Source: a virus | Taxonomy: Duplodnaviria; Caudoviricetes | Reading direction: 5' to 3' (one strand) | IMG/VR virus record: IMGVR_UViG_3300044724_006585 | Span: 1 to 31,483 of that record | DNA: 31,483 nt | In this document: positions 8,354-16,144 of the stretch, one piece after another | How positions within the stretch are numbered: position 1 is the first letter of the stretch | Layout: each line of letters starts with the position of its first letter | Made by a program: the position numbers and the translations under genes | The notes under the pieces: model-generated | Seen by the model: the letters and a program-made list of their open reading frames with translations, nothing else | The model's database searches: none | Told to the model about the DNA's origin: nothing

Positions 8354-9261
8354 TGGCTTACAAGTTTAACCCGTTACTGGGTGTCGGCCTTGACGAAGTA
8401 GGAGCAGGTGGCGGCGCTGCCACTCCTGGTGGTGCGGACACCCAAGTTCAATTTAATGACGGCGGAGCCCTAGGTGGTGACGCTGGTCTCGTCTACGACA
8501 AAACAACTGACAAGCTCACTGTTGGCGGTGACATTGACTTAGACGATGGCGGAACATTTAGTACCACATTGCAGACGGTAACACCAACTGCTAATCGGAC
8601 TGTATCGATTCCTGATGCCACTGGAACGATCGGTCTAGTCAATGGTCCAACCGGTAGTATTCAATTCAATGAAGCGGGTGCATTAAACGGCACAAGTGAT
8701 TTCAGTACGACGCTGAATTGGAATAACGCAGCCACAACATTCACTGGACTAAAGCTAAATGTAACCAACACTGCAAGTGCTGCTGCTAGCAACCTGCTGG
8801 ATTTGCAGGTTGGTGGGACGAGTCGGTTTAGCGTCAAATCAACTGGCTTATTACTATTTGAAGCTGGTGGACACGAGTTCCTCACTGATGCAAATGCCCT
8901 TGTTCTTACTAACTCAAGTGGGGGAAGGTCTTTTCTCACGAGAACTGATTTTTCACTTATACCATCAACTTCTCAACTTAAGTGGGGCAATCTCGCTTCC
9001 TTTGCCAGTGACACTGGTTTAGCCCGCGACTCCGCAGGCGTCGTCAAGGTAACCGACGGCTCCACTGGCACTGGCTATCTAAAACTAACCCCTACAACGG
9101 TTGGCGCATTAACTGCAGCTGCAACTGTTGGTGCAGGCACTAAAGCTTTTGTGACGGACTCGACCAGCACGCTTAGTGCTCACCACGGCCAAATTGTTGT
9201 TGGCGGTGGTAGTGATTTTGTGCCGGTCTTTAGCGACGGCACCAACTGGATCGTCGGCTGA
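8353..9261 (+). CDS. Fibre-like virion protein
   Basis: 302 aa, Gly/Thr-rich; two QFN-G fibre repeats (GGADTQVQFNDGGALGG, GPTGSIQFNEAGALNG); C-terminal AFVTD...VPVFSDGTNWIVG knob-like motif. Confidence 0.7.
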   Translation: MAYKFNPLLGVGLDEVGAGGGAATPGGADTQVQFNDGGALGGDAGLVYDKTTDKLTVGGDIDLDDGGTFSTTLQTVTPTANRTVSIPDATGTIGLVNGPTGSIQFNEAGALNGTSDFSTTLNWNNAATTFTGLKLNVTNTASAAASNLLDLQVGGTSRFSVKSTGLLLFEAGGHEFLTDANALVLTNSSGGRSFLTRTDFSLIPSTSQLKWGNLASFASDTGLARDSAGVVKVTDGSTGTGYLKLTPTTVGALTAAATVGAGTKAFVTDSTSTLSAHHGQIVVGGGSDFVPVFSDGTNWIVG

Positions 9262-9914
9262 TGACATCCTCTACGAACTTCGCTTCCGATCGAACCATGG
9301 ACACGCTTTCTCTGACACTGACCAACACCCGCGTTATTGACGGGTTGATCTTTGCCGCTAATTCTGTTGGCAAAACACCTGAAGCTTATGCTGAATGGGT
9401 ATTAGACAGCGACGGCCACCGCTATGCCGACGCTAACTCTTATGGTGTCGTAACAAGTGCCGGATTCTTTGCACGCTTTACACCAGCTGAATATGCAGCG
9501 GTGCTTGCAGCTTCTGTCGATACGGTAGAAGTACCGGACAAGATTGGTGGAATTCCTACTGAAGAACAAGAAGCTGCGTATCAAGCAGCGGTACTTGAAT
9601 ATTCAATGCTTGTAGACCCTACAGCTGAAGAAACTGCAACGTATGAAGCAGCAGCTGAGGCTTATCGCGTTGCTAGCACTGCTGAAAATCAAGCTGAGGT
9701 TGATGCAGCTGAAGCGCAGAATGCAGCCGCTAATGCAGTAAAAGCACTGCTTGATGAACTAACAGCTGCTGAAAAAGTAGCACTTGATGATCAACGTGTT
9801 GCTGATGGTCTTGCACTGTTAGTCAGCATGGAATTACTTGCTGCTTCACGTCCTGCTGAGATTACGGCTTATGCACGTCCGTTCCCTGTGATTACACAGG
9901 AGATCGAACAATGA
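9261..9914 (+). CDS. Putative fibre assembly chaperone-like helical protein
   Basis: 217 aa; FFARFTPAE...VALDDQRVADGLALLV...LL motif, of a kind recalled downstream of phage fibre genes; inserted Ala/Glu-rich repeats (PTEEQEAAYQAA / PTAEETATYEAA). Alternative ATG at 9297. Confidence 0.5.
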   Translation: MTSSTNFASDRTMDTLSLTLTNTRVIDGLIFAANSVGKTPEAYAEWVLDSDGHRYADANSYGVVTSAGFFARFTPAEYAAVLAASVDTVEVPDKIGGIPTEEQEAAYQAAVLEYSMLVDPTAEETATYEAAAEAYRVASTAENQAEVDAAEAQNAAANAVKALLDELTAAEKVALDDQRVADGLALLVSMELLAASRPAEITAYARPFPVITQEIEQ

Positions 9915-11698
9915 GCCTAAGGTGGTCGTCAACAACTGATCAGTTGTATGCGGTGAGCAATAGTTCACCTTCCCTTGACTTGGATTTTGCAAGCAACAAG
10001 AGCTTGCTAGACAATATCAGTGGCAACAACCTAATCACCTTCAGCCGTGCCAGTACTGGGACGTATGTTGGCAGTGATGGGTTGATTAAAACGACGCCGG
10101 TTAATTTGGCTACTTATAGTGAGGAGCTGTCAAACAGAGCACAGTGGGTTTCAAGCCCGACAGGAAGTGAGACTGCTGATGCAACCGCAGCACCTAATGG
10201 GTCAATCACCGCAGATTATATCTACGGATCCGATCCAAGTGGTGGTAATGTTTACAAATTTCAGAACTACACACTTACCACCAACTCTACTTACACGTTT
10301 TCGGTGCATGCCAAGAAGGTTGATACAGATTGGATAGCTGTCAGATCTTTTTCCTTTGGCGCGCCAACGGATTGTTACGCATGGTTCAATGTTTCCAACG
10401 GCACTGTAGGTAGTATTACTGGAGGCCCTCCAGACAGTACTTCTGTGGTTGCGTTGGATAACGGGTGGTATAGATGCTCTTTTACCGTGACCTTGGGAGC
10501 AGATGCTGCGGGTGGGTTTCAGATACTTGTACCAGAGGCAGACGGCACCACTACCTACAACGCTGGACAAACTGTTGGCGTTTATCTTTGGGGAGCCCAG
10601 CTCGAAGAAGGCTCCACAGCCACCACCTATATCCCCACCACATCAACAATCGGTGGAGCACCACGCTTCGATTATGACCCCGTGACTGGTGAAAGTCTGG
10701 GGTTGTTGATTGAAGAGGAACGGACGAACTATGTAACTACAAGCGGAGATTTAACGGGGTGGTCTGTGGTCAGTGCCGGAGACGGTCTAGATCCTACAGA
10801 TCAAAACGTTACCGCCCTAACTCCCACTGGTGGATCCACCGCAACAGAGATCACCCTTGAAAGGTCTACGGCAAATCCCAGCAACTTTTCAATATATAGG
10901 GATCCGTTCGGCACAACGGCAGTTTCTACTGGTTCTATGTACTTTAAGGCCGCTCGCCCACAGGATGTGGGTAAGGTGATCGACTTTTACCACAATCAAG
11001 GCACGCCTCAAGACTTTACTAGTGTCACTCTGACCAATACATGGCAAAGAGTTTCGAGTGTAGGCGCTGGTGGGGCAGTGGGGTTTCTGACCGTTGCTCT
11101 TTACAACACAACAGCCTCCACTGGTGAGGTGAAGGTTCTTGCCTGGGGCGCTCAAGTCGAAGAAGGAGCCTTCCCAAGCAGCCTAATCCCCACGTCCGGC
11201 AGCACCGTAACTCGTGCCGCTGATGTGGCATCTATTGAAGGGACTAACTTCAGCTCTTGGTATAACCAAAGTGAAGGGACGGTGTTTGTTGAAGCTCAAG
11301 CAGTTGATGCTGGAACTAGCCAGCAATTAATGTACACTTACGGAGCCAGTACGAGCAACAATAGAGGTATGTATTATTTGAACAACAGTAATAGACCTTC
11401 TGCTTACTGGGTTAATGCTGGAAGCAATCAAGCTTTACTTCAAAGCTCTACTCCTACCCTAGGGTTTGAGGGTAGCACGTTTAAGTATGTGGCTGCATAT
11501 AACACTGACGATTTCGTCCTAGGTTACAACGGTGGTAATCTAAGATTTGATACCTCAGGCACTCCCGACCCAACTATCTATCGAGCGTCACTTGGCTCCT
11601 TTGCTGCCGTCTCCTCTTTCCTTAACGGCCACATCTCCCGCCTTGCCTATTATCCCTACCGTCTTTCTGACACCATTTTGCAGGAGATTACATCATGA
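9911..11698 (+). CDS. Head-spike-fibre-like / carbohydrate-binding virion protein, paralogue A (two internal modules)
   Basis: SLDLDFA, ITFSRAS, PRFDYDPVTGESLGLLIEE.RTN, two WGAQ(L/V)EEG..IPT modules, VTRAAD, lectin/LamG-like C-terminus ending NGHISRLAYYPYRL. Confidence 0.72.
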   Translation: MSLRWSSTTDQLYAVSNSSPSLDLDFASNKSLLDNISGNNLITFSRASTGTYVGSDGLIKTTPVNLATYSEELSNRAQWVSSPTGSETADATAAPNGSITADYIYGSDPSGGNVYKFQNYTLTTNSTYTFSVHAKKVDTDWIAVRSFSFGAPTDCYAWFNVSNGTVGSITGGPPDSTSVVALDNGWYRCSFTVTLGADAAGGFQILVPEADGTTTYNAGQTVGVYLWGAQLEEGSTATTYIPTTSTIGGAPRFDYDPVTGESLGLLIEEERTNYVTTSGDLTGWSVVSAGDGLDPTDQNVTALTPTGGSTATEITLERSTANPSNFSIYRDPFGTTAVSTGSMYFKAARPQDVGKVIDFYHNQGTPQDFTSVTLTNTWQRVSSVGAGGAVGFLTVALYNTTASTGEVKVLAWGAQVEEGAFPSSLIPTSGSTVTRAADVASIEGTNFSSWYNQSEGTVFVEAQAVDAGTSQQLMYTYGASTSNNRGMYYLNNSNRPSAYWVNAGSNQALLQSSTPTLGFEGSTFKYVAAYNTDDFVLGYNGGNLRFDTSGTPDPTIYRASLGSFAAVSSFLNGHISRLAYYPYRLSDTILQEITS

Positions 11699-12966
11699 CT
11701 TTAGTTCCACAGCATATTATTCTCCAGTCCCCAGCGTCTAATGATCCGCTGCTGGACCTTAATACACAACCAAGTCTTGACCTGCAGTTTGCTACAGGCA
11801 AGACACTTAATGATCGAGTAAGCGGTAACAACTTAATCACGTTTAGTCGTGCAGATGCTACTACCTGTGCAACTTATGTTGATAGCAATGGTGTTATTCA
11901 AACTGCTGCTGCAAATGTACCCCGCTTTGATCATGACCCCGTGACCGGCGAAAGCCTGGGGTTGTTGATTGAAGAGGGACGGACTAATTTGCTTACTTAT
12001 AGTGAGCAGTTTGATCAAGGTGCTTGGCAGAAATACCGCGCCTCTGTTGCCCCAAATAGTTCAGTAGCTCCTGATGGAACGTTTACAGCAGATAAAATAA
12101 TAGAAGATGTGGGAACTTCGGAGGACCATATTGTAAACAGAAGTGTATCTCTTGCAAGCACCACATACTCATATAGTTTTTACGTAAAGGCAGGTGAAAG
12201 GAGCCATTTGATAGTTTCTAGAGCAACTGCAAACCAAACAAGTTTCACGCATTCTTATACTTTAGAAGATAATGGAACTGCTACTGGAGGTGGCAACATT
12301 GCTGCTCTTTCAAATGGTTGGTATCGTTGTTCTGGGCAAACAACATTAACTAATACTGGGAGTGGTGGTATTGCTATTAGATTGGCAGATTCTTCTGGTA
12401 ATACTTTTTACAATGGAGACGGTACCTCAGGTATCTACCTTTGGGGAGCCCAAGTAGAAGTAGGCTCCTTCTCAACCTCCTACATCCCCACAACCTCCAG
12501 CACCGTCACCCGTGCAGCTGATGTGGCGAGTATTACTGGGACTAACTTTAGCAGTTGGTATAACCAAAGTGAAGGGACGTTCTATGGACAAGCCTCAAAG
12601 CTTGGGACTAATACTAATGCTAGGTTGTTTGTAACGTCTACCGGGAGTAGCACTAGGACAACTGATGTGTATAGGGACACAACAAGTACGCAACTAGCAT
12701 TACGATCAGGCACAGTTGGTTATTTACTTTATGGTGGCTACACTGAACCTCTTACAGTCACAGCCGCTTACAAAGCTAATGATTACGCAGGTTCCTTAAA
12801 CGGTGTACTTGCTTTTACTGGTGGCAGTGGATCAGTTCTGACTTGTGACAGATTGACTTTAGGAAATTGGTACACAGGCTCCTACTATGCAAACGGCCAC
12901 ATCTCCCGCCTTGCCTATTACCCATACCGCTTGGCTGATGCCACTTTACAGGAGATCACATCATGA
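11695..12966 (+). CDS. Head-spike-fibre-like / carbohydrate-binding virion protein, paralogue B (one internal module)
   Basis: Same scaffold motifs as 9911-11698 (SLDLQFA, ITFSRA, PRFDHDPVTGESLGLLIEE, WGAQVEVG..YIPT, VTRAAD, NGHISRLAYYPYRL). Confidence 0.72.
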   Translation: MTLVPQHIILQSPASNDPLLDLNTQPSLDLQFATGKTLNDRVSGNNLITFSRADATTCATYVDSNGVIQTAAANVPRFDHDPVTGESLGLLIEEGRTNLLTYSEQFDQGAWQKYRASVAPNSSVAPDGTFTADKIIEDVGTSEDHIVNRSVSLASTTYSYSFYVKAGERSHLIVSRATANQTSFTHSYTLEDNGTATGGGNIAALSNGWYRCSGQTTLTNTGSGGIAIRLADSSGNTFYNGDGTSGIYLWGAQVEVGSFSTSYIPTTSSTVTRAADVASITGTNFSSWYNQSEGTFYGQASKLGTNTNARLFVTSTGSSTRTTDVYRDTTSTQLALRSGTVGYLLYGGYTEPLTVTAAYKANDYAGSLNGVLAFTGGSGSVLTCDRLTLGNWYTGSYYANGHISRLAYYPYRLADATLQEITS

Positions 12967-14288
12967 GTTGGATTATTACTAGCGATCAGGTCAGCCCTCC
13001 CGGCGATGCTGCAATCACTTATGGCATCACAAATGCTGGCGGTGTTTTTAACTTAAGGTCTACAGGCACTGTTGATTACGAAGCTGAATGGGGCGATGGT
13101 AGTGTTGAAATAAGCACGCTTAACACGTTGCCTCATACTTATACGGCTGGTAATTATTCATTGGTTGTTTATAGTGATGGGGTTTATAGGCCGTACTTCA
13201 ATAACGTAACCGCTGATGCAAATCAGATTACTTCTGTTGCTATTGGTAGTGGAGCTGATTTAGGGACTAACTTGACTACCGCTTGGTACGGTGCAAGTAA
13301 CATGACAACGTTCACATGTCCGTCTGATGTGACAAGCTCGGTTACAGGCTTTAATAGCACTTGGCGCCTCTGCAGCGGCTTAACAAGCTTCCCATTAATT
13401 GATACTTCTAGTGGTACAAACTTTGCTGCCGCTTGGCGCGACTGCACTAACCTAACCAGCTTCCCGTTAATTGATACTTCTAGTGTTACAAGCTTTAATA
13501 ACGCTTGGCGCGACTGCACTAACCTAACCAGCTTCCCGTTAATTGATACTTCTAGTAATACAGACTTTAGAGGCGCTTGGCAAAACTGCACCAGCCTAAC
13601 TAGTTTCCCATTATTGGATGTATCTAGTGGTACAAACTTTAGTAACGCTTGGCAAAACTGCACCAGCCTAACCAGTTTCCCATTATTGGATGTATCTAGT
13701 GGTACATCCTTTGTTAGCACTTGGAACAACTGCACCAGCCTAACTAGTTTCCCGTTAATTGATACGTCTAGTAATACAACCTTTAATTACACTTGGTTCA
13801 ACTGCACCAGCCTAACTAGTTTCCCGTTATTAAATACGTCTAGTGGTACAAACTTTTCTTTCTCTTGGCGAGACTGCTCCAGCCTAACTAGCTTCCCGTT
13901 ATTAAATACGTCTAGTGGTACAAACTTTAGTAGCGCTTGGCGAAACTGCTCCAACCTAACTAGTTTCCCGTTATTAAATACGTCTAGTGGTACAAACTTT
14001 TCTTTCTCTTGGCGAGACTGCTCCAGCCTAGCCAGTTTCCCTGCCAACATGTTTGACACAACGGGAACACTTATTGCTACTGCTTTTAGTAGCGCCTGGT
14101 TCGGCTGTGCCCTAACTGCTCAATCAATGGAAAACATCCTTGTCAGTCTAGATACTAACGGTGCTACTGGTATAACACTTAGTATCGCCGGTGGCACTAA
14201 CGCAGGTAAGTCAACCTGGACTGCTGCTGCTAACACTGCCTACAATAACCTTATCGCAAAAGGTTGGACCATTTACTTCAACGCTTAA
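12963..14288 (+). CDS. PKD-like domain + BspA/DUF285-type leucine-rich-repeat adhesin-like protein
   Basis: N-terminal EWGDG...HTYTAG.Y PKD-like signature; ten 24-aa repeats SSxTxFxxxWxxCxxLTSFPL(I/L)(D/N)(T/V); C-terminal cap (LTAQSMENILVSL...LIAKGWTI). Confidence 0.85.
   Translation: MSWIITSDQVSPPGDAAITYGITNAGGVFNLRSTGTVDYEAEWGDGSVEISTLNTLPHTYTAGNYSLVVYSDGVYRPYFNNVTADANQITSVAIGSGADLGTNLTTAWYGASNMTTFTCPSDVTSSVTGFNSTWRLCSGLTSFPLIDTSSGTNFAAAWRDCTNLTSFPLIDTSSVTSFNNAWRDCTNLTSFPLIDTSSNTDFRGAWQNCTSLTSFPLLDVSSGTNFSNAWQNCTSLTSFPLLDVSSGTSFVSTWNNCTSLTSFPLIDTSSNTTFNYTWFNCTSLTSFPLLNTSSGTNFSFSWRDCSSLTSFPLLNTSSGTNFSSAWRNCSNLTSFPLLNTSSGTNFSFSWRDCSSLASFPANMFDTTGTLIATAFSSAWFGCALTAQSMENILVSLDTNGATGITLSIAGGTNAGKSTWTAAANTAYNNLIAKGWTIYFNA
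13335..14054 (+). repeat. Ten tandem 72-bp coding repeats (LRR units)
   Basis: Units start at 13335+72n (13335...13983); consensus TCTAGTnnTACAnnCTTTnnTnnCnCTTGGnnnnACTGCnCCAnCCTAACTAGTTTCCCGTTA... Confidence 0.97.
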
Positions 14289-14294
14289 TTAACT

Positions 14295-14582
14295 GTGGCA
14301 CCATTCACTGAAGACCTAAGTATATTTTTAAGCACATCAGATTTTGCGGTGCCAGTTGTTGCTGGTGCAATTTCAGGACTAGGCATTCTAGATATGCCTT
14401 CAGAAATTATTGCTGATGGAGTTGTGCTTACGACTGACTACAAGCTTACTTGTGAGTCTTCAAAATTCAAGAACCTGCTTCACAGCGATGCGATAACGGT
14501 GGACGGCGTAAACTACACCGTAAGAAGCGCAGCCTTAATTGATGATGGTGCGTTTTGTGAAGTCATGTTGATGAAAAACTAA
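14295..14582 (+). CDS. Head-tail joining (gpFII-like) protein, copy 2
   Basis: 95 aa, GTG start; 79 of 94 aligned residues identical to 7814-8101; TAATG coupled to the tail terminator gene. Confidence 0.75.
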   Translation: MAPFTEDLSIFLSTSDFAVPVVAGAISGLGILDMPSEIIADGVVLTTDYKLTCESSKFKNLLHSDAITVDGVNYTVRSAALIDDGAFCEVMLMKN

Positions 14583-15010
14583 TGGCCACTAGACGCGAGC
14601 AAATCTTGGCCCAGATTGCCACAACACTGGCCAGCACCGCTGGCGTTAGCGGGAGGGTGTATCGGTCGAGGGTTACAGCGGCTGCAAGGGCTGAGACTCC
14701 GATGATCGTGATCGAGCCAGTGAATGATGTTGCTCAACAGCAGACTTCTTTGCCAAAGCTTGACTGGACAATGCGGGTGAGAGTCGTTGTGATTACTAGG
14801 TCAACAACTCCCTATACAGATGCAGATTCGGTAATCGAATCGATGCATTCCAAGCTTATGGCTGATTTGACTATTGGGGGTTATGCGATTGATGTGCAGC
14901 CTGTTTTGACAAGCTTTGAGTTTCTTGATGCAGACCAACCTGCTGGCGTGTTTTCTAATGAGTACGACGTCAAATACAGAACATCAGTAGCAGACCTTAC
15001 TGTCTACTAA
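14582..15010 (+). CDS. Tail terminator / tail completion protein (gpU-like)
   Basis: 142 aa; REQIL...GRVYRSR...PMIVIEP...YDVKYRT pattern; lies just before the tail tube. Confidence 0.72.
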   Translation: MATRREQILAQIATTLASTAGVSGRVYRSRVTAAARAETPMIVIEPVNDVAQQQTSLPKLDWTMRVRVVVITRSTTPYTDADSVIESMHSKLMADLTIGGYAIDVQPVLTSFEFLDADQPAGVFSNEYDVKYRTSVADLTVY

Positions 15011-15035
15011 GGTTTAAGCAGTTGCAAGGATTACG

Positions 15036-15272
15036 ATGAAAGACGAGTACAGCGGTCAAGGTGGGTCGTATCTTCTCGATCCAGAAACCGGAAAACGCAC
15101 TCTGATTAAGCGAACACTTCCCGCCGACCCCCCACAAGAAAATGGCACCACTTCTTCTACGCAAACGACTGATTCTGATCGAAACGGAGTCCAGTTACGG
15201 AGTCGATCCGACTCCAACCGGAACCGACGCGGTTTTGGTGAGGGATCTGAACATCACCCCGCAGCAAAGTGA
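15036..15272 (+). CDS. Small hypothetical protein overlapping the tail tube gene
   Basis: Fills the 15011-15141 gap; AAGGA upstream; N-terminus DEYSGQGGSYLLDPETGKRTLI looks protein-like. The last 131 nt overlap the tail tube ORF in another frame. Confidence 0.5.
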   Translation: MKDEYSGQGGSYLLDPETGKRTLIKRTLPADPPQENGTTSSTQTTDSDRNGVQLRSRSDSNRNRRGFGEGSEHHPAAK

Positions 15273-16080
15273 AGTTGTTGGACGTGATTTAATCCGTCCT
15301 TACTTAGGCGCTTCTGAACAGTTGCTGGCTAACACTCGCGTTGAATGTACTTTCAGCGTTGAGTTAGCGGGGTCTGGCACTGCTGGCACCGCGCCTCAGT
15401 ACGGTAAGGCACTGCAGGCTTGTGGCCTTAGTGAAACTGTTGCTGCTGGTACGTCAGTAACGTATGCGCCAGTAAGCTCATCTTTCAGTTCAGTCACTAT
15501 TCACTACAACATCGATGGTGTTCGCCACAAGGTGACTGGTGCCAGAGGAACATTCACCTTGAATGGATCCGTGGGAGAAATTCCAACCATCGATTTCACG
15601 ATGACGGGTATCTACAACGCTCCTGATGATTCAGCACTGCCGAGCGTTACTTACGCAAACCAGGCAACACCGCTGATCTTCAAGAACGGCAACACAGACA
15701 CCTTCTCCTTGCTTTCTTACTCTGGCTGCTTGCAGTCGTTGAGCATGGACATCGGCAACACGGTCGTGTATCGCGAGTTGATTGGCTGCGACAAGGAAGT
15801 GATCATCACTGATCGCAACGCAAGCGGTTCTGTGAGTATTGAAATGATTTCAATCGCTACGAAGGACTACTTCACCGCCGCATTGACTGACGGCACGCTG
15901 GGTAACTTGACGTTCCAGCACGGCACCACGGCTGGAAACATTGTTGATTTTGCTAGCACCCAAGTCGATATTGGAGACGTGAGCTACGGGGATCAAGACG
16001 GCATTGCGATGCTGAACATCCCATACACCGCGATTCCATCAACAGCGGGCAATGACGAGTTCAGTTTGGTGTACACTTGA
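15142..16080 (+). CDS. Major tail tube protein
   Basis: 312 aa; ETESSYGVDP, FSVELAGSGTAGTAP.YG.ALQACG, HKVTGARG, GEIPTIDF.MTG; followed by a terminator and the chaperone genes. Confidence 0.85.
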   Translation: MAPLLLRKRLILIETESSYGVDPTPTGTDAVLVRDLNITPQQSEVVGRDLIRPYLGASEQLLANTRVECTFSVELAGSGTAGTAPQYGKALQACGLSETVAAGTSVTYAPVSSSFSSVTIHYNIDGVRHKVTGARGTFTLNGSVGEIPTIDFTMTGIYNAPDDSALPSVTYANQATPLIFKNGNTDTFSLLSYSGCLQSLSMDIGNTVVYRELIGCDKEVIITDRNASGSVSIEMISIATKDYFTAALTDGTLGNLTFQHGTTAGNIVDFASTQVDIGDVSYGDQDGIAMLNIPYTAIPSTAGNDEFSLVYT

Positions 16081-16116
16081 TTTGAGGGAGCCAAGCCCTC
16101 TGGAGAAAAGCGCAAT

Positions 16117-16144
16117 GGCCGTGTTGGAGAGCACGGCCTTTTTT
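16117..16144 (+). terminator. Rho-independent terminator after the tail tube
   Basis: Stem GGCCGTGTT(16117-25)-GGAG-AGCACGGCC(16130-38), with one G-U pair, then TTTTTT. A smaller hairpin GAGGG-N7-CCCTC lies at 16084-16100. Confidence 0.88.

Noticed and set aside
13335-14054. CRISPR-like appearance (constant blocks alternating with variable blocks, 72-bp period)
   Set aside because: The variable parts are alignable codon variants within one reading frame, not unique spacers; no cas genes or leader.
13223-14059. Minus-strand ORFs 13223-13735 (170 aa) and 13787-14059 (90 aa) with repeats
   Set aside because: Antisense shadows of the LRR array; a stop-free repeat unit propagates through all copies.
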